DNA of 63,946 bases from an uncultured Candidatus Saccharibacteria bacterium. Lineage in GTDB: Bacteria; Patescibacteriota; Minisyncoccia; Phycocordibacterales; UBA918. The position numbers and the translations under genes were made by a program. Of the stretch, positions 1 to 5,951 are shown one piece after another. The notes beneath the pieces are model-generated. The model was given only the letters and a program-made list of their open reading frames with translations. It searched no databases and was not told the DNA's origin. The stretch is from assembly GCA_964390945.1 (NCBI GenBank), contig CAYMIV010000004.1, forward strand, positions 1-63,946, in the 5' to 3' direction. Positions within the stretch are counted from its first letter, which is position 1. The number at the start of each line of letters is the position of its first letter.

Positions 1-133
1 CTTCAAGATAGTATCTGACACTACCCCGTAAAACATATGCTCTGCATATGTTTGGGTCCGACTTCTGGTCGCTTCGCGACCGGATTTAGGAGGAAAGACG
101 TAGCCAGGATAAGACAAAAGAAAGTGTTTGTCG

Positions 134-175
134 CTGATACAACAAAACCGCCACTCGGCGGTTTTGTTGTATCAG
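134..175. terminator. Perfect 19-bp-stem hairpin with a 4-nt loop. It is the second of two tandem hairpins downstream of minus-strand gene 219..581.
   Basis: ctgatacaacaaaaccgcc/actc/ggcggttttgttgtatcag was read directly. There is no clean T-run on either side, so a terminator function is tentative. Confidence 0.45.
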
Positions 176-196
176 AAAAAAGTGCAGAAGCACTTT
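176..196 (-). terminator. Rho-independent terminator of gene 219..581
   Basis: The minus strand reads AAAGTGC-TTCT-GCAC followed by TTTTTT. It lies about 22 nt after the stop codon at 219-221. Confidence 0.6.
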
Positions 197-218
197 AAGA
201 AAGTCACCCCATGATTAT

Positions 219-581
219 TTAGAGAATGTAATCAGGTTGTATCGGCGCAGCACCACCAATGCCGAGCATGGTAATGAGGAGATTCACAATACCCCAAAAT
301 GAAAAAAGAATCGCAAAGGCTGCCAAACTATACAATGCAAAACGCTTCGCGCGCTCACGTCCTTCTTCGCTCTCGCTCTGAATAATGAAATAGCGAGCGG
401 TGTTCCACACGAAGAAAAGAAAAGCAACCGCAAAGAGAAAGGGAACAATCGTGTTCGCAAAAGCGGTAATGTCGCGTAGATAGGCCTGGACCGTTCCTGC
501 TGTGGGGGAAGGCATATACGACCAGTATATCGCATAGAAACTCTTCAAAGGAGACGTTTTCCATATTGACAAAATAGTCAT
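219..581 (-). CDS. Small 2-TM membrane protein resembling TrbC/VirB2-like T4SS pilin proteins frequent in CPR genomes
   Basis: 120-aa ORF. Two hydrophobic helices (IVPFLFAVAFLFFVW and LYSLAAFAILFSFWGIVNLLI) are separated by the charged loop SESEEGRERAKR, which is the VirB2-type layout. The start is uncertain because the consensus promoter of the divergent operon overlaps the first codons. Confidence 0.6.
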   Translation of the reverse strand: MTILSIWKTSPLKSFYAIYWSYMPSPTAGTVQAYLRDITAFANTIVPFLFAVAFLFFVWNTARYFIIQSESEEGRERAKRFALYSLAAFAILFSFWGIVNLLITMLGIGGAAPIQPDYIL

Positions 582-593
582 ATATGCTATAAT
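566..593 (+). promoter_or_regulatory. Near-consensus sigma70-type promoter for the 642..1422 small-membrane-protein operon
   Basis: TTGACA (566-571), a 16-nt spacer ending in TGC (extended -10), then TATAAT (588-593). The leader to the ATG at 642 is about 42 nt and contains GGAG. Confidence 0.65.
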
Positions 594-641
594 AGAAACG
601 GATTTTGGTATTTTTGCATTTCAACTCACTGGAGAACGAAG

Positions 642-875
642 ATGGAAAACAACCTCATTGCACTCCTCTCCCGCGCGGTTGGCATCTGTGCCATGCTGCT
701 CGGGTTTCTGGGGATCTTCGGGCTCGATGATCCGAAGTTCGAAAATTCCCTCTGGCTCACCGCCACCACGGCACTCGGCGCGTTCGCGCTGATGTGGTTG
801 GGCTACTGGCTCTTCCGCCAGGGCGGCGGAGAATCCTTCATCGACCGCAATACGTTCAAGAATTTGCGGGGGTAG
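642..875 (+). CDS. Hypothetical small 2-TM membrane protein (77 aa)
   Basis: GGAG lies 7 nt upstream of the ATG. There are two hydrophobic segments. It is the first gene behind the consensus promoter. Confidence 0.65.
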   Translation: MENNLIALLSRAVGICAMLLGFLGIFGLDDPKFENSLWLTATTALGAFALMWLGYWLFRQGGGESFIDRNTFKNLRG

Positions 876-876
876 T

Positions 877-1134
877 ATGGACCCCCATGAGATTGAACGA
901 TTCCGAAGACGGAAGGCGGTGGAAGATTTCACCTTTCGGCTTCTTGGTAACAGTTTAACGGTCGGAGGGATTCTGACTCCGCTCGTTGCCATCCTCGAGG
1001 CGCAGACGGGCGCGACGTCATGGGCAACGCAGGTTGTTGTCTACGGCGTCGCCGTCACCCTGTTCCTCCTGGGTAACAACCTGAGAATCTGCGGAGGGAG
1101 ACGGTCGTTCTTTGATCCACCGTGGAAGGTGTGA
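877..1134 (+). CDS. Hypothetical small 2-TM membrane protein (85 aa)
   Basis: The ATG lies 1 nt after the upstream stop, which suggests translational coupling. The protein has a basic N-terminus followed by two hydrophobic segments. Confidence 0.6.
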   Translation: MDPHEIERFRRRKAVEDFTFRLLGNSLTVGGILTPLVAILEAQTGATSWATQVVVYGVAVTLFLLGNNLRICGGRRSFFDPPWKV

Positions 1135-1138
1135 AAGT

Positions 1139-1161
1139 GGCCGAGCGTTTCGCGCTCGGCC
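1139..1161 (+). other. GC-rich intercistronic stem-loop
   Basis: ggccgagcg/tttcg/cgctcggcc, a perfect 9-bp stem, sits between gene 877..1134 and the next ORF. No T-run follows it. It may be an mRNA stability or processing element. Confidence 0.45.
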
Positions 1162-1182
1162 ATGTTACTGAAGGAAGTTCAA

Positions 1183-1422
1183 ATGCTCAAAACTTTTTTT
1201 GAACTACTCAAGAAGGAGTTGCGGGCACTCTGCTTTTGGACGGGTATAACTACGCTCGTTCTAAGCGCCCTCACACTCTTTGTGCTCGTCGACCCCATCA
1301 CAAAGGAGGGAATGAGTGAGAACGTTGCGTTTCCGCTTCTCCTGTCGCTCGTCGGGCTCATTGGAGGCAATCTCCTCTGGGTACTTGCGGGCGAACACAC
1401 CATTTTCAAGCAGGAGGATTGA
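1183..1422 (+). CDS. Hypothetical small 2-TM membrane protein (79 aa from ATG 1183; the ORF track starts it at 1162)
   Basis: AAGGAAG lies 5 nt upstream of ATG 1183. ATG 1162 abuts the hairpin and has no SD. There are two hydrophobic helices. Confidence 0.6.
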   Translation: MLKTFFELLKKELRALCFWTGITTLVLSALTLFVLVDPITKEGMSENVAFPLLLSLVGLIGGNLLWVLAGEHTIFKQED

Positions 1423-1445
1423 TATTGAAAAAAGAAACAAGTTGA

Positions 1446-1480
1446 CCCCGGCGCATCTCCGCGCCGGGGCTCTTTTATTT
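1446..1480 (+). terminator. Rho-independent terminator of the 642..1422 operon
   Basis: ccccggcgc/atctcc/gcgccgggg (1446-1469) is followed by ctcttttatttct. Confidence 0.8.
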
Positions 1481-1603
1481 CTATTCTTCCTCCTTTTTTT
1501 TCGACTTTGTACTCGTGTGTTCCGGGTACATCAACCGCTCGTACGCCGTCATGATGATGGTGCGCCAGAATTCGTGAAGTGCGGCAAACCACTCTCGAAC
1601 CAT
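1481..1603 (-). CDS. Possible 40-aa protein (MVREWFAALHEFWRTIIMTAYERLMYPEHTSTKSKKKEEE)
   Basis: GGAG lies 8 nt upstream of ATG 1603. The longer 75-aa track ORF would begin inside the upstream terminator hairpin. No family was recognised. Confidence 0.25.
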   Translation of the reverse strand: MVREWFAALHEFWRTIIMTAYERLMYPEHTSTKSKKKEEE

Positions 1604-1695
1604 GATATTGCTCCTCGAGACATTAGGGAACTCCCAATGCAAGTATGCGCTTATTATGCTGTGTGTCAAAAGTGGTCGGCAATTAACATATAAAT

Positions 1696-1720
1696 ACGCC
1701 GGGAACATAGTCCCCGGCGT
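1696..1720 (-). terminator. Hairpin terminator downstream of gene 1733..1975
   Basis: acgccggg/9-nt loop/cccggcgt. On the minus strand it is followed by atttatatg. Confidence 0.45.
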
Positions 1721-1732
1721 TCGTCGTATCGC

Positions 1733-1975
1733 TCAATCCTTCTTGCGCGGTCTGGTCTTGTACTTGCCGCGAATGAAGCCGCGGAGACGGCGATTCCATG
1801 CCGCGTTGGTTTTCGTGGAGCGATGTGCCCTGCGAAACTCACGCTTCCCGGACGAGCGAATGATGCACGGTTTGACGAAAAGCAATTGTGCCTCCTCGAT
1901 GTTAGCCGCGTTGATGCGACCACAGTGAAGAGTAGCGCATCGGCACCTCTTGTGCAACAAGCGATGATTTCTCAA
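1733..1975 (-). CDS. Small very basic protein, possibly 30S ribosomal protein S21-like
   Basis: TTG start with GAGGGA 8 nt upstream. The segment NIEEAQLLFVK...SGKREFRRAHRS loosely matches the S21 pattern (E.AL.RFKR...G...E.RKREFYEKPS). It has its own terminator. The function call is weak. Confidence 0.45.
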   Translation of the reverse strand: MRNHRLLHKRCRCATLHCGRINAANIEEAQLLFVKPCIIRSSGKREFRRAHRSTKTNAAWNRRLRGFIRGKYKTRPRKKD

Positions 1976-2089
1976 ACACGAAATCCCTCAAAAAATTTGC
2001 CATTTCGTACCGCCCTAAGAAATTCAATTCTTGTTCCTTATAGAAACCGTAAATCTTCGAAATATTTAGTCACCTCGTACCACACTTTG

Positions 2090-2162
2090 TGCGCGTTCAA
2101 GGGGTCGAACCTTGGACCTTTCGAGTATCAGTCGAATGCTCTACCAACTGAGCTAAACGCGC
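2090..2162 (-). tRNA. tRNA-Ile (anticodon GAU), 73 nt, CCA not encoded
   Basis: It was folded by hand. Acceptor stem GCGCGTT/AACGCGC. D arm GCTC-AGTTGGTA-GAGC. Anticodon arm TTCGA-CTGATAC-TCGAA. Variable loop AGGTC. T arm CAAGG-TTCGACC-CCTTG. Discriminator A. Confidence 0.95.
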
Positions 2163-2330
2163 ACAAAGCGAACTACGTGCCTCATATAATTACACAAAAC
2201 ACCATCGATGCAAAATCTTCGAACGGCACGCCATTCCTGCAGGAAATCAGTCGAATTTCTTACAGAAACTGTACACCTTTCGCAACGACTGCTCAAGGTC
2301 TTGCGGAAGTCCCCCGGACTCCCTCACTCC

Positions 2331-2366
2331 ACCAACTGAGCAAAACGCGCACAAAGCGAACTACGT
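2331..2366 (-). repeat. Duplicated copy of the tRNA-Ile 5' leader plus the first ~20 nt of the tRNA (tRNA 5' fragment, not a functional tRNA)
   Basis: The 36 nt at 2331-2366 equal 2143-2178 with one mismatch (accaactgagc[a/t]aaacgcgcacaaagcgaactacgt). Downstream of the fragment there is no anticodon arm, T arm or 3' acceptor strand. Confidence 0.8.
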
Positions 2367-2434
2367 TCTTCCATTCAGTGCAGGGATACTACCAAAATAC
2401 GGTATTTTGGGCAACGGCAGTACTCGGTATACGA

Positions 2435-2463
2435 AAACACCCCACCTAAAGAGTGGGGTGTTT
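2435..2463 (-). terminator. Rho-independent terminator of gene 2470..2658
   Basis: aaacaccccac/ctaaaga/gtggggtgttt, an 11-bp stem. On the minus strand it is followed by ttttcg. It starts 7 nt after the stop. Confidence 0.7.
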
Positions 2464-2469
2464 CGGGAA

Positions 2470-2658
2470 TCATTTCGGAACAGGATTCGCCACCTCAATT
2501 TCATCGAGACGTAGTTCAAGGCGTTCAATGCCGGAACTGATATCGTCGAGCTCTTCTTCAAAACGCATAGTGAGTGCGTATGTGAAAAGCGCGAAGCCAA
2601 TGAACAATATCCATGCAATGTACGGAAATATTTTGTACGATTCTAATGTGTGTCCCAT
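2470..2658 (-). CDS. Hypothetical 62-aa membrane-anchored protein with an acidic coiled C-terminus
   Basis: One N-terminal TM segment (IFPYIAWILFIGFALFTYAL) followed by EEELDDISSGIERLELRLDEIE. It has its own -10 element and terminator. Confidence 0.6.
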   Translation of the reverse strand: MGHTLESYKIFPYIAWILFIGFALFTYALTMRFEEELDDISSGIERLELRLDEIEVANPVPK

Positions 2659-2666
2659 ATCAGAGA

Positions 2667-2675
2667 ATTATAGCA
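2667..2675 (-). promoter_or_regulatory. Extended -10 element TGCTATAAT, 8 nt upstream of ATG 2658 (possible leaderless transcript)
   Basis: The minus strand reads TGCTATAAT-tctctgat-ATG. No SD and no good -35 element are present. Confidence 0.35.
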
Positions 2676-2705
2676 GGTGTGCGTTTTTGGGCTATGGGGT
2701 GGTGT

Positions 2706-3278
2706 TTAAAATAATCTGTCAAAGACGCTCAGAAAACCGAATGCATACATTGTTTGATTCAAAATGGTCCCGAGCATGAGCGGAAAGATAATGTGAGAAT
2801 AACGATATCCCATAAGCCCAAGCGGTATAAGCATCGCTTCGTTGGGAATTGGCATACATGCTGCGTACAGAAAGATGCCGGGGAGTATGAGACGATGATG
2901 CTTTTGTTTTAGAGAAACGAGTTGCTCATGAAATTTGGGAAAGTGTGCCGCCGTCGAACGCTTCCCCCACCGACCGATTTGGTATCCAAGCAAATCGGCA
3001 AGCATGGTTCCCAACACGAGAGCTCCGACAATCGTTATCATGGAAAAATGTGCTGCAACGAAGACCGGAGTAAAAGATGCGGCTGGAACGGGGACTGCGA
3101 GGTTGAGTCCGCCCACAAAGGCAATTACAACCATTCCGAAAACACCATATTGTCCAACAAGCGAACGAGCAGCTTCATTTGTGGTTATGTATTCCGCAAG
3201 AAAGAACGCACTCGTAATAATGGTGATTATCAGCAAAACGAGCCCCACAAATTCGATGGTGTGTCGAAGTCGCGCCAT
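2706..3278 (-). CDS. DedA / VTT (SNARE-associated) family membrane protein
   Basis: 190 aa and multi-TM. The glycine-rich loop and helices (GVFGMVVIAFVGGLNLAVPVPAASFTPV ... LGYQIGRWGKR) are typical of DedA-family proteins. Confidence 0.8.
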   Translation of the reverse strand: MARLRHTIEFVGLVLLIITIITSAFFLAEYITTNEAARSLVGQYGVFGMVVIAFVGGLNLAVPVPAASFTPVFVAAHFSMITIVGALVLGTMLADLLGYQIGRWGKRSTAAHFPKFHEQLVSLKQKHHRLILPGIFLYAACMPIPNEAMLIPLGLMGYRYSHIIFPLMLGTILNQTMYAFGFLSVFDRLF

Positions 3279-3339
3279 AAAAGAAGTGTACCATGAGTGA
3301 GTTTTGCGGGTTCCGTCGTCGTGCTATGATGCCCAAACC

Positions 3340-4782
3340 ATGGAGCATTGGAAGAATTACTTTCGGGGCAAAAAAATAACTGTCATGGGACTCGGGCTTT
3401 TGGGTCGCGGTGTTGGTGACGTTGCCTTTCTCGCCGAATGCGGGGCGGAACTCATTGTAACTGATAAAAAAACAAAGGAAGAACTCAAAGAGTCTCTCGA
3501 CAAACTGTCAGCGTATACCGATATTCACTTCGTACTCGGCGAACACCGTGAAGAAGATTTTAGAAACCGGGACCTCATCCTCGTTGCAGCGGGGGTACCA
3601 CTTGATTCTCCGTATCTTGTGGTGGCGCGTGAGACGGGTGTGCCGCTTGCGATGAGTGGTGCATTGTTTGCAAAACTTTCCGGTATTCCGATTATCGGTG
3701 TCACCGGCACGCGAGGAAAATCGACGGTGACCCATATGATTCACCATGTGCTCTGTGCCATTACAGATTCACAAAAACTGGATGACCTAAGCCTAAACCA
3801 TTCCGAAGGAATGGTCGGCCCTAGAGCGACCGCGCTCGGGTTAGCTCCAACAACTCCACGGTGTGGAGTTGTTTTAGGTGGTAATGTGCGTGGCGTCTCA
3901 AATTTGCAACTGCTCAAAGATGTAGAGGAAGATTCAATTGCGGTGATGGAACTTGATTCGTGGCAGCTTCAGGGATTTGGATGGGAGGGTATCAGCCCCC
4001 ACATCGCGGTGTTCACTTCTTTTATGGAGGACCATATGAACTATTACCACCACGACATGGCTGCGTACTTTGCTGACAAGGCAAACATTTTCGTAAACCA
4101 GAAAGAAAGCGACGTTTTCATCACTACACCGGAGGTGTTTGAACGAGCGAAAGTGTTTGCGCGAGGAAGGGGTATCACGCTCGGACAAGAAGTCATTCTT
4201 GCAGACTCGTCGCTACTTCCCGATGACTGCATACTCGCGATGCCCGGTGAACATAATCGCCTCAATGCCGCGCTCGCATACGAGGCGCTCAAAGCGACTG
4301 GGCTTTCCGATGAAGAGATTTTTGAAGGACTTGCGACATTTCCCGGAGTACCAGGGCGGCTCGAGTACTTGGGCGAGAAAGATGGTGTAAAAATATACAA
4401 CGACAACAATGCAACAACACCGACCGCAGCGCGCGCGGGAGTTTTGGCGGTCGCGAGTGGAAGGAATGTCATACTCATTATGGGCGGAGCAGGGAAGGAA
4501 CTCGATATGTCACCACTCCTTGAAATCATTCCTGAATACTGCAAAAAAATTATCTTACTTCCCGGAACCGGAACCGACTCCTTCATAAAATTGATGGGTG
4601 ACACTATTCCAGTTAACTGGAATAGTGTCACTACGCTCGAGGAGGCAATTAATAGTGCTCTCAAAGATGCTGAACCAAAAGATGTTGTTCTCTTTTCGCC
4701 TGCGTTTGCGTCATTCGGGATGTTTAAAAATGAATATGACCGCAACGATCAGTTCGTCGACGCGGTGCGTCGAGTACTATAA
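3340..4782 (+). CDS. murD: UDP-N-acetylmuramoyl-L-alanine--D-glutamate ligase
   Basis: N-terminal Rossmann motif VMGLGLLGRG, Mur ligase P-loop GVTGTRGKSTV, GGNVRG, and the C-terminal NDNNATTP motif region. ATG 3340 is preferred over the TTG at 3304. Confidence 0.92.
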   Translation: MEHWKNYFRGKKITVMGLGLLGRGVGDVAFLAECGAELIVTDKKTKEELKESLDKLSAYTDIHFVLGEHREEDFRNRDLILVAAGVPLDSPYLVVARETGVPLAMSGALFAKLSGIPIIGVTGTRGKSTVTHMIHHVLCAITDSQKLDDLSLNHSEGMVGPRATALGLAPTTPRCGVVLGGNVRGVSNLQLLKDVEEDSIAVMELDSWQLQGFGWEGISPHIAVFTSFMEDHMNYYHHDMAAYFADKANIFVNQKESDVFITTPEVFERAKVFARGRGITLGQEVILADSSLLPDDCILAMPGEHNRLNAALAYEALKATGLSDEEIFEGLATFPGVPGRLEYLGEKDGVKIYNDNNATTPTAARAGVLAVASGRNVILIMGGAGKELDMSPLLEIIPEYCKKIILLPGTGTDSFIKLMGDTIPVNWNSVTTLEEAINSALKDAEPKDVVLFSPAFASFGMFKNEYDRNDQFVDAVRRVL

Positions 4783-4800
4783 TCGTTGCGGTCAGTAGTG

Positions 4801-4968
4801 CTAGCCGGCGATGAACTGCACGGCTTTCCAGAGGGCCCACATGAGACCTGCGGCGGCGACCATGATGGCGATGGCATTGCGTGCGCCAATCATCGCCCCC
4901 AGACCACTCGGGTGGTCTGGTGACAGTTCGGGGCTAGGATCGTCCCCGATGAACCAGTTGCTCTTCAT
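4801..4968 (-). CDS. Unlisted 55-aa membrane protein (MKSNWFIGDDPSPELSPDHPSGLGAMIGARNAIAIMVAAAGLMWALWKAVQFIAG)
   Basis: It falls below the 60-aa cut-off of the ORF track. AGGAGA lies 5 nt upstream of the ATG. A consensus promoter lies 30 nt upstream. There is a C-terminal TM helix. The translation was checked codon by codon. Confidence 0.55.
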   Translation of the reverse strand: MKSNWFIGDDPSPELSPDHPSGLGAMIGARNAIAIMVAAAGLMWALWKAVQFIAG

Positions 4969-4997
4969 GTTTCTCTCCTGTGCTATGAACCTGTTTT

Positions 4998-5025
4998 ATT
5001 ATAGCACATCAATAAAATTTGTCAA
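4998..5025 (-). promoter_or_regulatory. Near-consensus sigma70-type promoter for small ORF 4801..4968
   Basis: The minus strand reads TTGACA (5025-5020), a 16-nt spacer ending in TGC, then TATAAT (5003-4998). Confidence 0.6.
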
Positions 5026-5097
5026 ACTTACATTATCCAAGGCAAGCATTAGAAAATAGCCGTCACAAAAATGTAACGGCTTCAATCCATCGGGTCT

Positions 5098-5904
5098 TCA
5101 TGTCCTTCGGGTGACCACAATCATGTTCTGGCCTGGACGATTCGCACGCACACTCGCTGTCCGAGCGTCGCTATAGGTATCGATTCCATCGTGCACGATG
5201 CATTCTCGCTGAACGCCGCCGTATTCCTCGAGTTGTCTCAAAACAAGTTCTTTGAGGTCAATGGTTTGTCGTTCATTGTCGGGAACCACCGCCTCACCCC
5301 ATGCCTTCCGAAGCGCTGCACAGATTTCCGGGTAATAATTGTTCGGAAAATGTTCCGCCGCGATACCGGTGGTTATGACGCCGCGAAGCGATGTTGTCTC
5401 AATCCCCAACTTCCGCATTTCGAGAAGCACATTTTGAATAACGCTTTCCCCGACCCCTTCGCCTCCCGCATTGTGAAGTTGATCCCTTCCGCAATGTGCA
5501 ACTGCGACCGGTCCCTCGGAATCGTTCCACAGAACAAGGGTCGGGCAATCCCGCGTCATCGTCACGACGCTGATTTCTAATGAATCAAGTACTGTGGCGT
5601 CTGCGCGAATGAATTCACTGTTCATGACCACCCACCCCCGAGCATGCGCCATTGTGAGATTGTTGATATGTACAACTTTGCGCGAGGCACTTTTGTGAGT
5701 GTGACTAGGAAGTCTTTGCCAAATGATACGCTTCGGCAGGTTTTGCTTACTCCAGGAAGAGCGAATGAGCGTGGCTATTTCCGATAGAATTGCCACGATG
5801 TGCGGCATTTGCGGTTCATCCTTTAGCACGCCCCCAAAACTGTGTATCGCCACGCGACCTGTGTGGTATTCAAAGATACATTCAGACATGTTGTGTCCTT
5901 TCAT
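5098..5904 (-). CDS. YfiH/PgeF-like (DUF152, laccase-domain) protein
   Basis: ADATV...VVTMTRDCPTLVL...VAVAHCGRDQL matches the family pattern aDa..T....tADC.P.....aHAGWRG. The start is taken at ATG 5904 (MKGHNMSECIF). The longer track ORF would run into the murC promoter. Confidence 0.75.
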   Translation of the reverse strand: MKGHNMSECIFEYHTGRVAIHSFGGVLKDEPQMPHIVAILSEIATLIRSSWSKQNLPKRIIWQRLPSHTHKSASRKVVHINNLTMAHARGWVVMNSEFIRADATVLDSLEISVVTMTRDCPTLVLWNDSEGPVAVAHCGRDQLHNAGGEGVGESVIQNVLLEMRKLGIETTSLRGVITTGIAAEHFPNNYYPEICAALRKAWGEAVVPDNERQTIDLKELVLRQLEEYGGVQRECIVHDGIDTYSDARTASVRANRPGQNMIVVTRRT

Positions 5905-5911
5905 GCTTTGG

Positions 5912-5940
5912 TTACAAATTTTCTGATTTGATACTATACT
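5912..5940 (+). promoter_or_regulatory. Putative murC promoter
   Basis: TTACAA (5912-5917), 17-nt spacer, TATACT (5935-5940). The ATG lies 11 nt after the -10 element, so the leader would be very short. Confidence 0.35.
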
Positions 5941-5951
5941 GCACGTGCGCC

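Noticed and set aside
60-120. Resemblance of ggaggaaagacgtagccagg to the RNase P CR-I element (GAGGAAAGTCCGGGC), and of the reverse strand (ATCCTGGCTACG, GGTAGTGT, CAGAAGT) to the 16S and 5S rRNA 5' regions
   Set aside because: Only short patches match. The obligatory neighbouring conserved blocks are absent, namely GCTGGCGGC for 16S, CCGAAC for 5S, and P4/P5 pairing for RNase P. A full RNase P RNA would also collide with the gene at 219-581.
2163-2350. Possible second tRNA, intron-containing or with a long arm, starting at the duplicated GCGCGTTTTGCTCAGTTGGTGGAG
   Set aside because: Hand folding finds no 5-bp anticodon stem with a 7-nt loop, no T arm with a TTCGA loop flanked by complementary stems, and no 3' acceptor strand. 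The 150-nt spacer is too short for a group I intron.
1823-2449. 208-aa plus-strand ORF
   Set aside because: It runs straight through the minus-strand tRNA-Ile gene, its duplicated leader and a terminator hairpin. It has no SD and no family motif, so it is an artefact of an open frame.
4044-4745. 233-aa minus-strand ORF inside murD
   Set aside because: It is antisense to a gene with unambiguous Mur ligase motifs. The protein is Ser/Pro/Ala-rich and low-complexity, which is typical of a shadow ORF.
4811-5059. 82-aa plus-strand ORF in the murD/yfiH gap
   Set aside because: It has no SD or promoter and a junk-like composition. The opposite strand carries a 55-aa ORF with a consensus promoter and SD.
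5790-5951. N-terminal 54-aa extension of murC in the ORF track (and the 5905-5976 extension of the divergent YfiH-like ORF)
   Set aside because: The extensions overlap each other and the putative promoter. The conserved MurC sequence begins right after ATG 5952, and the YfiH-like homology begins after ATG 5904/5889.
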